Source: Thecamonas trahens ATCC 50062
Lineage: Eukaryota > Protista > Apusomonadida
Length of the DNA stretch: 63,098 nucleotides
NCBI RefSeq assembly: GCF_000142905.1
Contig: NW_013657619.1
Span: 1 to 63,098, forward strand
Reading direction: 5' to 3'
The position numbers and the translations under genes are program-made. How positions within the stretch are numbered: the first letter of the stretch is position 1; the number at the start of each line of letters is the position of its first letter. Below, piece after piece: positions 23,581 through 33,222 of this stretch. The notes under the pieces were generated by a model. The model saw nothing but the letters and a program-made list of their open reading frames with translations. It searched no databases and was not told the DNA's origin.

Positions 23581-25398
23581 TTACAGGCTCGCAATGAGCC
23601 GCCCCACCATCGGCTCGGCATCAAGCAGTGCGCGCGCGCCGGCCACGGACTCGGCCGCGCCAGCGGCGAGTAGGATGGCGGTCGGCACGACTCGCACTCG
23701 CTTCATGGCCTGCTTGATATGCGCAGACTCGGGAAGGTCGTCGACATTGGCAGGCACGCTGTCGGCGTAGATGGACCGCAGAAGGGCAGCCTCGGCCGCA
23801 GCCTCGTCGACCTGTCCGTATTTGGCGATGATGCCGCGCGAGCGGGCAAAGAGCTTCGAGTTGGAAACCGCAAGGTCGACCATCCGGTTGCCGACCACCT
23901 TGCCACGGAGAACGTGCGCACCAGTCGTGAGCGCGTTGAACGAGAGCTTATACCCGAGCTCGGTGTAGAGAAAGTCCCAACTGTCGCTGTCGGCGAGCAG
24001 CGGCGCAGACGCGGCGCCGGACCGAGTCGTCACCGTCACCACGCACGGCTCAAAGCCGGCGGCAACCGCAGCGGCATTGGCCACCCCCACGCTCTCGACC
24101 TTGTGCGCCGGGCAAACCGTGAGCGCAATCTTGGTCACGCCCGGAATGCTGCCGAGAGCTGCCAGTGTGGCTGCGGCGTCAGTGAGCTTCGTGGCATCGG
24201 TGTCGACCGGCAGGTTGGCCACCACTGTCGCCCCCGTGTCGGCAAGCGCCGGCGCGAGCTCGTCGAGCAGAAACGTTGTCGAAAGCTGCCAGTCAAAGCC
24301 ATCGTCTTTGGGAGCGAGCGAGAGGTCGCCGTTGCGGTTTCCCAGCGCGGCCCAGCCGCCGTCCACAAAGCCACGGACGTCGTTGATGCTCGCGCCGTAC
24401 GTGGGCGGGCACTCGGACGCGTCGATGATGCCCAGGTGGCCAACGCCAAAGTCAGAGCCGACGTAGTAGATGGGCGCACCGCTGCGGAGCGACGCGCCTC
24501 CGGCCTCGACCAGCCGCGCCAGCACCTCCATGTTCTCGCCCTGGTACACCGACCGCAGCGTCGCGGCGTAGCAGTCGAGCGCATGCAGCGCCTCGGCCGC
24601 CGGATCCGACGCGCCCATGAGTGCGCTCCGGACTAGAATCTCCAACAGCATCTTGGTCGCGCTCCCGCCCTTCATCCGCGTCGAGCCGGTCACCGACTCG
24701 GGCCCGACCACTGGGTTGATAATAAAGTTGCCAGCGCCCGATGGCAAGTCCATCGACGCCACCAGCGCGTCGGCCACGTCCTTGAACGACGACGTCCAAC
24801 CCTCGATGACGCTCGACCGCGCCAGCGCCACCGGGTTGAAGCCGACAAGACCGGCGATCCAGCGAATGGCCGGCTCGCTCGCCTGCTTGGCAAGGACATA
24901 GTCGAGCTGGCCGGCAACGTACGGCGCCGACAGGCCGCAGGTAATGCCGACATACACCACCAGGTCGGGCACAACATCCAGCCCCACAATCAATTGCTCC
25001 AGATCAGTGACCGCCTGATGCGGATCGTCCTCGCCGCGCTCCTGTGACTTGAGCAGAGCATAGTCGCCGCCTGCGATGAGATAAGCGACTCTGGCCCGAT
25101 CCGGCACCAGCGAGGCAAACGAGGTGGCGACGTGAAAGGCCAGCCGACCAGAGGTGCCACAACCAGAGAGAATGACCAATGGTGAGGCCGCGCCAGTGCA
25201 CGCCGCCCGCAGCTCTGTCGCCGTCGTCGCCACCTTCTCCCTCACAACCGCGCCAGCGAGACCTTCCTCTCCGTCAAAGCCGGTAAAGACCTGGTTGTCT
25301 GAGCACCTCAGCAGCCGCAGCATCCCACGCACATCACTCCGTGCTGCTGTCTCCAGCTCTTCCGTCAGCGCATTGCTCTGCTCTGTGTACCGCAGCAT
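23581..25398 (-). CDS. GCKR: Glucokinase regulatory protein-like / duplicated MurQ-like double-SIS-domain protein
   Basis: TEQSN.LT, SGCGTSGRLAF, LIAGGD.AL, GITCGLSAPYVAGQL, GFNPV, NPVVGPE.VTGSTRMKGGSATK, DASECPPTYG, KL..NALTTGAHVLRGKV..NRMVDL.VSNSKLF. Confidence 0.9.
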   Translation of the reverse strand: MLRYTEQSNALTEELETAARSDVRGMLRLLRCSDNQVFTGFDGEEGLAGAVVREKVATTATELRAACTGAASPLVILSGCGTSGRLAFHVATSFASLVPDRARVAYLIAGGDYALLKSQERGEDDPHQAVTDLEQLIVGLDVVPDLVVYVGITCGLSAPYVAGQLDYVLAKQASEPAIRWIAGLVGFNPVALARSSVIEGWTSSFKDVADALVASMDLPSGAGNFIINPVVGPESVTGSTRMKGGSATKMLLEILVRSALMGASDPAAEALHALDCYAATLRSVYQGENMEVLARLVEAGGASLRSGAPIYYVGSDFGVGHLGIIDASECPPTYGASINDVRGFVDGGWAALGNRNGDLSLAPKDDGFDWQLSTTFLLDELAPALADTGATVVANLPVDTDATKLTDAAATLAALGSIPGVTKIALTVCPAHKVESVGVANAAAVAAGFEPCVVTVTTRSGAASAPLLADSDSWDFLYTELGYKLSFNALTTGAHVLRGKVVGNRMVDLAVSNSKLFARSRGIIAKYGQVDEAAAEAALLRSIYADSVPANVDDLPESAHIKQAMKRVRVVPTAILLAAGAAESVAGARALLDAEPMVGRLIASL

Positions 25399-25666
25399 GG
25401 TCGCGAGAGTGGAGTGGCCCTCGGCACGCACGGCGGGCGCGGCGTGACAAGTGACCCGTCTCCACGTCACCACGCCCATGCGCCATCCATGCCACTTGCA
25501 GAGCATAGGCCCAAGTCGGCGGCGTGTGGCTGATCGTAGACAATGCCAAACCTGTATGTACGTATGTGGGCTGACTTGGTGTGTTACTACTGCCGCCATC
25601 TCGACTCATCTGCGCTAGCTTCCGGTGGGAGCGTGTGGAGCGAGGAGAGCTACACGGCGGAACTCC

Positions 25667-25755
25667 CTCCCGGGGGTAACGGGACCTCGGACAGCACACG
25701 TCCGCAGCATCAAGTGCAAGCGGGTAGCGTGGTGCGTCGTCAATGGCGTTGGGAA
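25667..25755 (-). promoter_or_regulatory. Candidate non-canonical SECIS element in the selenoprotein 3' UTR
   Basis: Minus strand: TGAC (25742-25739) and CGAG (25689-25686) form a GA/GA quartet. Helix GACGCAC(C)ACG / CGTGTGC(T)GTC, apical mini-helix CCGC..GCA/TGC..GCGG, basal AACG/CGTT and TTCCC/GGGAG. Lacks the apical AA and the 5' purine. Folded by eye only. Confidence 0.4.
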
Positions 25756-25873
25756 GCGAGAGCAGTGGACGATCAAAACGATGACGGCAGAGCGATGGCT
25801 GCGCGGACAACAGCAGCTGGATGCTCAGCCGAAGGCGGCCAGCGCAGCGCGAGAGGTAGCATGATGAGCATAT

Positions 25874-26169
25874 CTAGCCGTACATGCCCGAGGCGATCAT
25901 GGCATCGACAACCGACTGCGGCGAGGGGAACGAGCCCTTGTCGAGCTTTGAGAAGAACAGCGTTCCTTGTGGTAGTCGGTGATCTCAAACGCTCCGCGAC
26001 GCGGGCGAGCGAGTTCATTGCCTCGGACGACAACGTCCGGAAAGGCGGTGGTAATGGCCCGGGCGACCTGACGGTAGCGCCCGGAGTAACCTCACGAGGT
26101 ACAGTACTCAATGTGAATAGCCGGCGTGCCCTCAGGCACGGGCTCCGGTGCCGAAAACAGTCCTCCCAT
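25874..26169 (-). CDS. Rdx-family (SelW/SelT/SelH-like) selenoprotein with CxxU; in-frame TGA 26094-26092; frameshift near 25966
   Basis: MGGLFSAPEPVPEGTPAIHIEYCTS-TGA-GYSGRYRQVARAITTAFPDVVVRGNELARPRRGAFEIT, then in the -1 frame GTLFFSKLDKGSFPSPQSVVDAM..*. Matches the Rdx pattern IEYCxxUGY...FP...G.FE...FSK...G.FP. Confidence 0.85.
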
Positions 26170-26547
26170 ACCTTGTTGTCGCGTCGAGTCTGCTCCCCTT
26201 CCCCTCCCCCCCCCCCCCTCCCCCCTCCCCCCCCTCTTCCCCCCTCCTTCCCCCGGACTGCCGTCCTTCCCGTCTTTGTCAGCCAATCGCTGTCGGTTTG
26301 ACGGACCAGAGGGCGACCGAGGTAGAGGAGCTGATCACGCGCGCATACACACGTACACACACATACATGCACATACACATACATACACACACGCATGTAC
26401 GTACACATACACATACACACATACACACTTGCACACCCATCCATCCACCCATCCACCAATCAGCATCAGTCCATACCACCACTGCCACCAATGCCACCAC
26501 TGCCACCACCTCACTCTTGCACACACACACACACACACACACACACT

Positions 26548-27759
26548 ATGCTCCGCACTGCCCGCCAGCCCCTCCAGAATCTTGCGCGACTGGCCTCCAG
26601 CGCCGCCGCTGGTAATGAGCCTCCGGTCCTCGCCTCTGTGGCCTCGGGCGTGGCCAAGGTTGTCCTCAACCGCGAGTCCAAACTCAACGCCCTCAACTAC
26701 CCCATGATCGAGCTGATGACGCCGCTGTACGAGGAGCTTGATGCCGACAACAATGTCCATGCTATTGTTCTCCGTGGTGCCGGCGAGAAGGCGTTCTGCG
26801 CAGGCGGCGATGTTGTGTCCATCGTCAACTCGATCAAGGAGAATGGCGACCTGCACCGGTACTTTTTCCGCGATGAGTACGCCCTCGACTACGCCATTGC
26901 CAGCCTCAAGACCCCACATGTGGCGCTGTACAACGGCATTGCCATGGGCGGCGGCATCGGCCTCTCGGTCCATGGTACCTTCCGCGTCGCCACAGACAGC
27001 GCACTCTTTGCCATGCCCGAGACCGCCATCGGTCTCTTCCCAGACGTCGGCGGGACCCACTTCCTCCCCCGCCTCCCGCACGGCCTCGGTATGTACCTCG
27101 CCCTCACTGGCGCCCGCGTCAAGGGTGCCGATCTTGTCTACTACGGTATCGCCACTCATCACCTCGACGCGCCCGAGGATGAGCTGTACTCGGCCCTAGC
27201 CGCGGCCTCGTCGCCCGACGCTGTCGCCGCCGCCCTCGACGACGTCTGCTCGCTCTCGCGTGACGCCCTCGACGACGGTGCTCGCGTCGCCGCCATCGAG
27301 GCCTCGCTCGGCGGCGTGCCGGTCTCGGTCGTCGACTCGGTCTTTGGCCAGGCCGCCTCTTACCCTGAGGTTGTCGACTCGCTCGCCGCCCTCGAGTCCG
27401 GTGCCGACGAGCCGGCTGTCGCCAAGTGGGCGGCCAAAACCTCCGCCATCCTCGCTGCCATGTCGCCGACCTCGCTCCTTGTCACCTTTGAGCAGATCAA
27501 GCGCGGCGGCTCGCTCACCCTCGCCGAGTCATTTGCCCTCGAGGCCCGCCTCGTCTGGCGCGTCGCCAACGGGCACGACTTTGCCGCCGGCGTCGACGCT
27601 CTCCTCATCAACAAGACCAAGATCGCCCCGCAGGACCTCTGGTCGCCCAACACCGTCGACGCCGTCACCCGCGACGCCGTCCTCGCCCACTTTGCGCCCT
27701 TTGACGATCCGGCTGATGAGCTCATCCTCGACCCGTCTGTCAACCCGGCGACGATCTAA
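26548..27759 (+). CDS. HIBCH: 3-hydroxyisobutyryl-CoA hydrolase, mitochondrial
   Basis: Transit peptide MLRTARQPL, LNR..KLNALN, KAFCAGGDV, FFRDEY.LD, GIAMGGGIGLS.HG.FRVAT, AMPETAIGLFPDVG, MSPTSL, DF..GV.ALLI.K. Confidence 0.95.
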   Translation: MLRTARQPLQNLARLASSAAAGNEPPVLASVASGVAKVVLNRESKLNALNYPMIELMTPLYEELDADNNVHAIVLRGAGEKAFCAGGDVVSIVNSIKENGDLHRYFFRDEYALDYAIASLKTPHVALYNGIAMGGGIGLSVHGTFRVATDSALFAMPETAIGLFPDVGGTHFLPRLPHGLGMYLALTGARVKGADLVYYGIATHHLDAPEDELYSALAAASSPDAVAAALDDVCSLSRDALDDGARVAAIEASLGGVPVSVVDSVFGQAASYPEVVDSLAALESGADEPAVAKWAAKTSAILAAMSPTSLLVTFEQIKRGGSLTLAESFALEARLVWRVANGHDFAAGVDALLINKTKIAPQDLWSPNTVDAVTRDAVLAHFAPFDDPADELILDPSVNPATI

Positions 27760-28529
27760 CTCCAACCCACCACCTCCCCCCCCCCCCCTCCTCCTCCTCC
27801 TCGGGCACGTGACACCTTAGCGCGGTGNNNNNNNNNNNNNNNNNNNNNNNNNNNNNNNNNNNNNNNNNNNNNNNNNNNNNNNNNNNNNNNNNNNNNNNNN
27901 NNNNNNNNNNNNNNNNNNNNNNNNNNNNNNNNNNNNNNNNNNNNNNNNNNNNNNNNNNNNNNNNNNNNNNNNNNNNNNNNNNNNNNNNNNNNNNNNNNNN
28001 NNNNNNNNNNNNNNNNNNNNNNNNNNNNNNNNNNNNNNNNNNNNNNNNNNNNNNNNNNNNNNNNNNNNNNNNNNNNNNNNNNNNNNNNNNNNNNNNNNNN
28101 NNNNNNNNNNNNNNNNNNNNNNNNNNNNNNNNNNNNNNNNNNNNNNNNNNNNNNNNNNNNNNNNNNNNNNNNNNNNNNNNNNNNNNNNNNNNNNNNNNNN
28201 NNNNNNNNNNNNNNNNNNNNNNNNNNNNNNNNNNNNNNNNNNNNNNNNNNNNNNNNNNNNNNNNNNNNNNNNNNNNNNNNNNNNNNNNNNNNNNNNNNNN
28301 NNNNNNNNNNNNNNNNNNNNNNNNNNNNNNNNNNNNNNNNNNNNNNNNNNNNNNNNNNNNNNNNNNNNNNNNNNNNNNNNNNNNNNNNNNNNNNNNNNNN
28401 NNNNNNNNNNNNNNNNNNNNNNNNNNNNNNNNNNNNNNNNNNNNNNNNNNNNNNNNNNNNNNNNNNNNNNNNNNNNNNNNNNNNNNNNNNNNNNNNNNNN
28501 NNNNNNNNNNNNNNNNNNNNNNNNCACTA

Positions 28530-28568
<39 letters not shown>

Positions 28569-28693
28569 AACACACACACACACACACACACACACACGCG
28601 CGCATACCCGCACACCCCAGACACACGTCATACACATACCCTACTCACCCCCCCCCCCCCTCCCTCCTCCTCCTCGGGCACGTGACACCTTAG

Positions 28694-30713
28694 CGCGGTG
28701 CCCGACGAGGTGACCTCAGTGACGCAGTTTGATGCTGGGCTGGTGGTCGAGGCCATCTCGGTCGGATTGCACATGATGAACGAAGAACTGGCTTTCCCGA
28801 CTCAGTTGCCTCCGTCAATGTCGGCAAAGGTTCGCCTGTGCAACGCCATGGCAGAGGCCGTCAAGGAGCTCGGCTACCGCGGTGAGATTGGCTACGCCTC
28901 CATCATTTACACCCACGAGAAGGAGATCCGGGAACTGTTTGTCTGGCTCACCTCCCACATGCAGGAGGTTGGCGGCGTGGCGCCCGAGGCTGCACAGGCC
29001 GCGCCCGATCCGGGCTCGGACTCGCGGGCCCAGCTGATGAGGGCCGTCAAGTCGCGGGTCAACGCTCTTGTCAAGCGCGAGTCGTGGCGCTCGCCGCGGC
29101 TCCCGCGCCGGGCGTCGATGGTGCAGCGCGGCTCGGGAGCGACGTTTAAGGTTGCCACCGCGCGCCTCTACGCCCCGGGCCGGTACAAGGGCAAGAAGAA
29201 CGCCGCCGTCCTCCGCTACCTCCGCCGCTACCTGCCGCTGGTCACTCTCCAGCCGCCGGACACCATGGACGTGGCGCCGTCGATCATGGAGGACAATGTG
29301 ACGCAGGTCCTGCAAAAAGCTGACGTCGAGAACGAGTGGAACACCGCCGGCCTCGAGTCGGGCCTCACCCAGGCCCAGTACTGGGCGACCAAGAAGCAGG
29401 CGCTCATGTCCTCGTTTGCCTCGGACATCCACAAGGCGGTCCTCCTCAAGAAGCCCTCGCTCGAGTCCGAGTCCAAGGGCGCGCTCCGTGCCACCCACCA
29501 GTCGCTCTTTGTCCTCTCCTCCATGTTCAAGACTGGTAAGTCGAACCCGGCGCAGGCCGCCGTTGCCAAGGAGGCCGACGCCGAGCCGGTCGAGACCGAG
29601 GAGCAGGTCGCCGCCAAGCGCGCCGCCATCCTCTCGGACCTGCAGGCCGAGGAGGATGAGCTCTCGTACAACATCTCGGACGCAAACCGCCGTATTGCCG
29701 CTCTTGATGCCGAGCTGCACACGCTGCAGGAGCGGTTCAAGACTGAGGTGGCCAAGAAAAAGGAGCTCGAGGCTGCGTACATGTTTGAGAAGCGGGTCTT
29801 TGACGCCCTGGATGACCCCGAGCCAGCCATCGCCGAGCTCACCGCTAAGGTCGCCGCCATGCGCAAGGCGCTCGTCGAGCTGGCCGGGAAGTGGGAGCTC
29901 CGGCGCGCCCCGCTTGTGGCCAAGATCCGCGAGCTCAAGTCGGGCGAGGGTGACACCATGATCGAGATCAACGCGCTCATGGGCGCCATCCGCGACATCC
30001 GCGACGCCATGAAGGGCGTCATGGACGAGGGCCGCGAGCAGGAGGCCATCTACCAGGGCCTTCTCGCCGAGTACAAGGCCCTGCCCAAGGACATCACCCG
30101 CTCGCACTACACCAAGCGCATCCTCGACATTGTGGCACAAGTCCGCAAGCAAAAGGTCGACATCGACAAGGTTCTCATCGACACCCGCGCCCTCCAGCGC
30201 GACATCAACACCGTGACCGAGAAGCTCAAGCGCTCGTTTGCCATCACCGACGAGCTTATTTACGAGGACGCGCCTAACGACAAGGACGCCAAGGCCTCGT
30301 ACCGCGCCCTCGCCTCGCTTCACTCGCGCTTTGACGAGCTCATCGAGACAGTCCGCTCCATCGGCCATCTCGGCAACGAGATCCGCGACCTCGAGGCCAA
30401 GCACGCCAAGCTCGCCGACGCCAACGCCTCGCTCCAAGTCGATCGCCTCGAGGCCGACTATGAGGCCATTCGCTCCGAGAACAAGCAGCTAATTGCCCGC
30501 CTCAAGGCCATCGCCGAGGGCCTCGACGACCCAGGCGCCAACGCCGACGATGACGCCGATGCCGACGACGACGAGTACGACGACACCGACGCTGACTACG
30601 ACGAGGTGGAGTACGAGTACGAGGAGGTCGATGACGATGATCTCTTCGCCGCGGGCGACGATGCCGACGACGACGCTGACGATCCCGACGGGGACGACGA
30701 CAGCGACGAGTAG
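28694..30713 (+). CDS. CCDC22: Coiled-coil domain-containing protein 22 (CCC/Commander complex); 5' exon probably lies in the gap
   Basis: NN-CH region LP.SMSAK.R.C..MA.A.KELGY.GEIGY...Y, coiled coils, W...R.PL, R.HYT.RILDIV..VRKQK.DI.KVL.DTR.LQ.DIN....L.RSFA.TDELIY.DA, acidic tail. Acceptor TAG at 28691-28693. Confidence 0.92.
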
Positions 30714-30759
30714 CTCGCGTCCGCGGCCTGCGAAGGAAACGGGCCTCGTTTACCGCCGT

Positions 30760-32695
30760 CTACATAAAATCGAGGTCGTCCGCAAGCGCAGCGAGGTCGC
30801 TCTCGGAGAGCGCCGCCAGTGCGTCCTCAACCTCGACCTCGGACTTTGTCCGCGGCCGCGACTTCTTCTTGGCGGCGGCGGCGGCCTTCTTACGCTCGAC
30901 GGCGTCCCAGTCTTTGAGATCCTTGTCGCGGCCCTTGTACACGACGTAGTCGTTGCCAATCGTGGACTCGAGGGCTTCAACAATGAGGGCTTCGCGCAGC
31001 TTGTCGCGGTCGATCTTGGCCTTGGGCATCGCCTCGACCTGCTTGACCACCGACGGCTTGAGCGCCGGCTTCTGGCCCGAGAGCTCGAGCGCGAGCTCCG
31101 CGAGCTCTGCCTCGCTCAGTCCCTCGAGGATCTCCTCCTCCTCGCGGGTCAGGGGTGCGGCTGCAGCATCAATGGCAGCGGCGGCCTTCTTACCCTTCTT
31201 ACCCTTCTTGCCCTTCTTGCCGCTCTCCTCATTGGCGCTGCTCGCCGCGGCTTCCGCCGCAACCTTCTCCTTCTCGGCGCGGCGCTTGGCGGTAAACGAC
31301 TCGTCACTGCGCTTCTTGTACTCTTTCTTCTTGCGAGTCACGCCGCCTTTGGTCACCTTGACCGCGGCCTTTGGCTTCTCGGCCGCGGGCTCGGGAGCGT
31401 CGGCAGGCGCCTCGTCCTCGCCGCCGGTTGCAATGAGCTGCGAGATGTCCTCTGCGGCGTTCGGGTCGATGGCGCCGGCCTTGGCCTTGTCCTTCTTGGG
31501 CGTTTTCTTCCCCTTTTTGTCTTTCTTGGGCGTCTTGGACCCCTTCTTGCCGTTCTTGTTGTTCTTGTCGTTCTTGCCCTTCTTGCCCTTCTTGCCCTTC
31601 TTGCCCTTCTTGCCCTTCTTGGGCGTGTCGTCGGTAGCGTCGGCGGTGTCGGCAGCGGCGTCGGCAGCGGTCGAGGGCTCGGTCTCAGCCTCAGATGCAG
31701 GTTCGGGTGCGGGCGCGGCCTTGTCCTTCTTGGGTGTCTTGGACCCCTTTTTGTCGTTCTTGCCCTTCTTGCCCTTCTTGCTCTTCTTGCCCTTCTTGGG
31801 CGTGTCGTCGGCAGCGGCGTCGGCAGCGGTCGAGGGCTCGGTCTCAGCCTCAGATGCAGGTTCGGGTGCGGGCGCGGCCTTGTCCTTCTTGGGCGTCTTG
31901 GACCCCTTCTTGTCGTTCTTGCCCTTCTTGCCCTTCTTGCTCTTCTTGCCCTTCTTGGGCGTGTCGTCGGCGGTGGCGGTAGCGTCGGCGGTGTCGGCAG
32001 CGGCGTCGGCAGCGGCGTCGGCAGCGGTCTTGGCCTCGGCCACACCGACAGCTTCGGCCACACCCTCACCCTCACCCTCACCCTCAGCCAGAGCCACACC
32101 CTCGGCCCCGGCTACGGCTTCAGGATCAGGAGAAGCCTCACTATCAGCCTTGGACGAGTCTCCCACAGCCGTCACCGACGGACCGGCAGCAGCCTTCACC
32201 GCCTTGACCGGACCCGCCGTACCACTTGCGCCAACTACCACACCGCCCCCCCCCCCCCCCCCACCACACACACACCCATCCGCCCCAAGCCACACCATGA
32301 GTACCCGCGCATACCACCAGCAAGCCCGGACCGACCACCAACTGTGCCATGGGCTCATGGCTGCAAGCCATGTTCAGGTGCAGGGTCACACTGCGGGGGA
32401 GTCACACAGGCATGCGGCACGTACTCCAGGCAACAAGCAGAGAGTCGCCAGCAGCAATGCCGAGGTCCTTGGTCGTCTTGGTCATGTCCAGCAAGGAGGC
32501 ATGCTCAATGGGTGCGTCGGGCGAGGAGAGGCCGAAGAGACCGTACTTGGCCATGCGCTTGGTGCCCTTGAAGCCGACCTTTTTCAGCGTCCTCTCCTTA
32601 AGCTCATGCAATGGCAGCTTGTTGGTCACTTGCACCTCATCATGCACACTACGTTCGCCGTCCTTGGTCACAACAACAATGTTCAGCTTGGGCAT
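30760..32695 (-). CDS. Ubiquitin-like domain + Lys-rich repeats + C-terminal tropomodulin N-domain-like protein; join(32695..32425,32234..30760)
   Basis: GTACGT...TAG intron 32424-32235 joins the exons in frame (AW-I-GASG). C-terminal EEILEGLSEAELAELALEL..IDRDKLREAL..DYVVYKG..EVEDALAALSESDLAALADDL resembles the tropomodulin N-terminal half. Confidence 0.75.
31481..31975 (-). repeat. Coding tandem repeat, about 3 copies of about 160 bp, encoding DDTPKKGKK..GSKTPKKDKAAPAPEPASEAETEPSTAADAAA
   Basis: Near-identical nucleotide blocks repeated three times within the CDS. Confidence 0.9.
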
Positions 32696-32745
32696 GGTCC
32701 TCCAAGAATGATCTTTGCTCCACTTCCCGCCTTGCCTCTCTTCGT

Positions 32746-32785
<40 letters not shown>

Positions 32786-32857
32786 GCGCTTTTTCGGGAG
32801 AAAAGTGCTTCGTTCACTGGCACGCTGACACGCCGGCTCGCTGGCACGCAGACAGGT

Positions 32858-33120
32858 CGATACGCCGACACAGCGACACGCAGACACAGCGACACGCAGA
32901 CACGCTGACACGAAGACTGGCCGATACGCAGACACGCTGACATGCCGATACGCAGACACGCTGACATGCCGATACGCAGATACACCGACACACAGACACA
33001 GCGACACGAAGACTGGCCGATACGCAGACACGCAGACATGCCGATACGCAGATACACCGATACACAGACACAACAATACACAGACACAACAATACACCGA
33101 TACGCCAATACGCCAATACA
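32858..33120. repeat. Compound intergenic minisatellite (CCGATACGCAGACACGCTGACATG-like units)
   Basis: Reiterated GATACGCAGACAC / GACACAGCGACACG motifs, preceded by (CT)n at about 32750-32780. Confidence 0.75.
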
Positions 33121-33222
33121 GTGTCAATCGCCCACAACAGTGTGATCTGCGACCAAATTCATTCCGCCTCCGCCTCTCCCTCCCTCGCACCCGGTGATGG
33201 TCTGTCTCTACATTACTTTGGC

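Noticed and set aside
27790-28700. Identical 38-bp sequence (27790-27827 and 28663-28700) on both sides of an N-gap, as a target-site duplication or terminal repeat
   Set aside because: It is the CCDC22 splice-acceptor region following poly-C tracts at a contig end; most likely an assembly mis-join.
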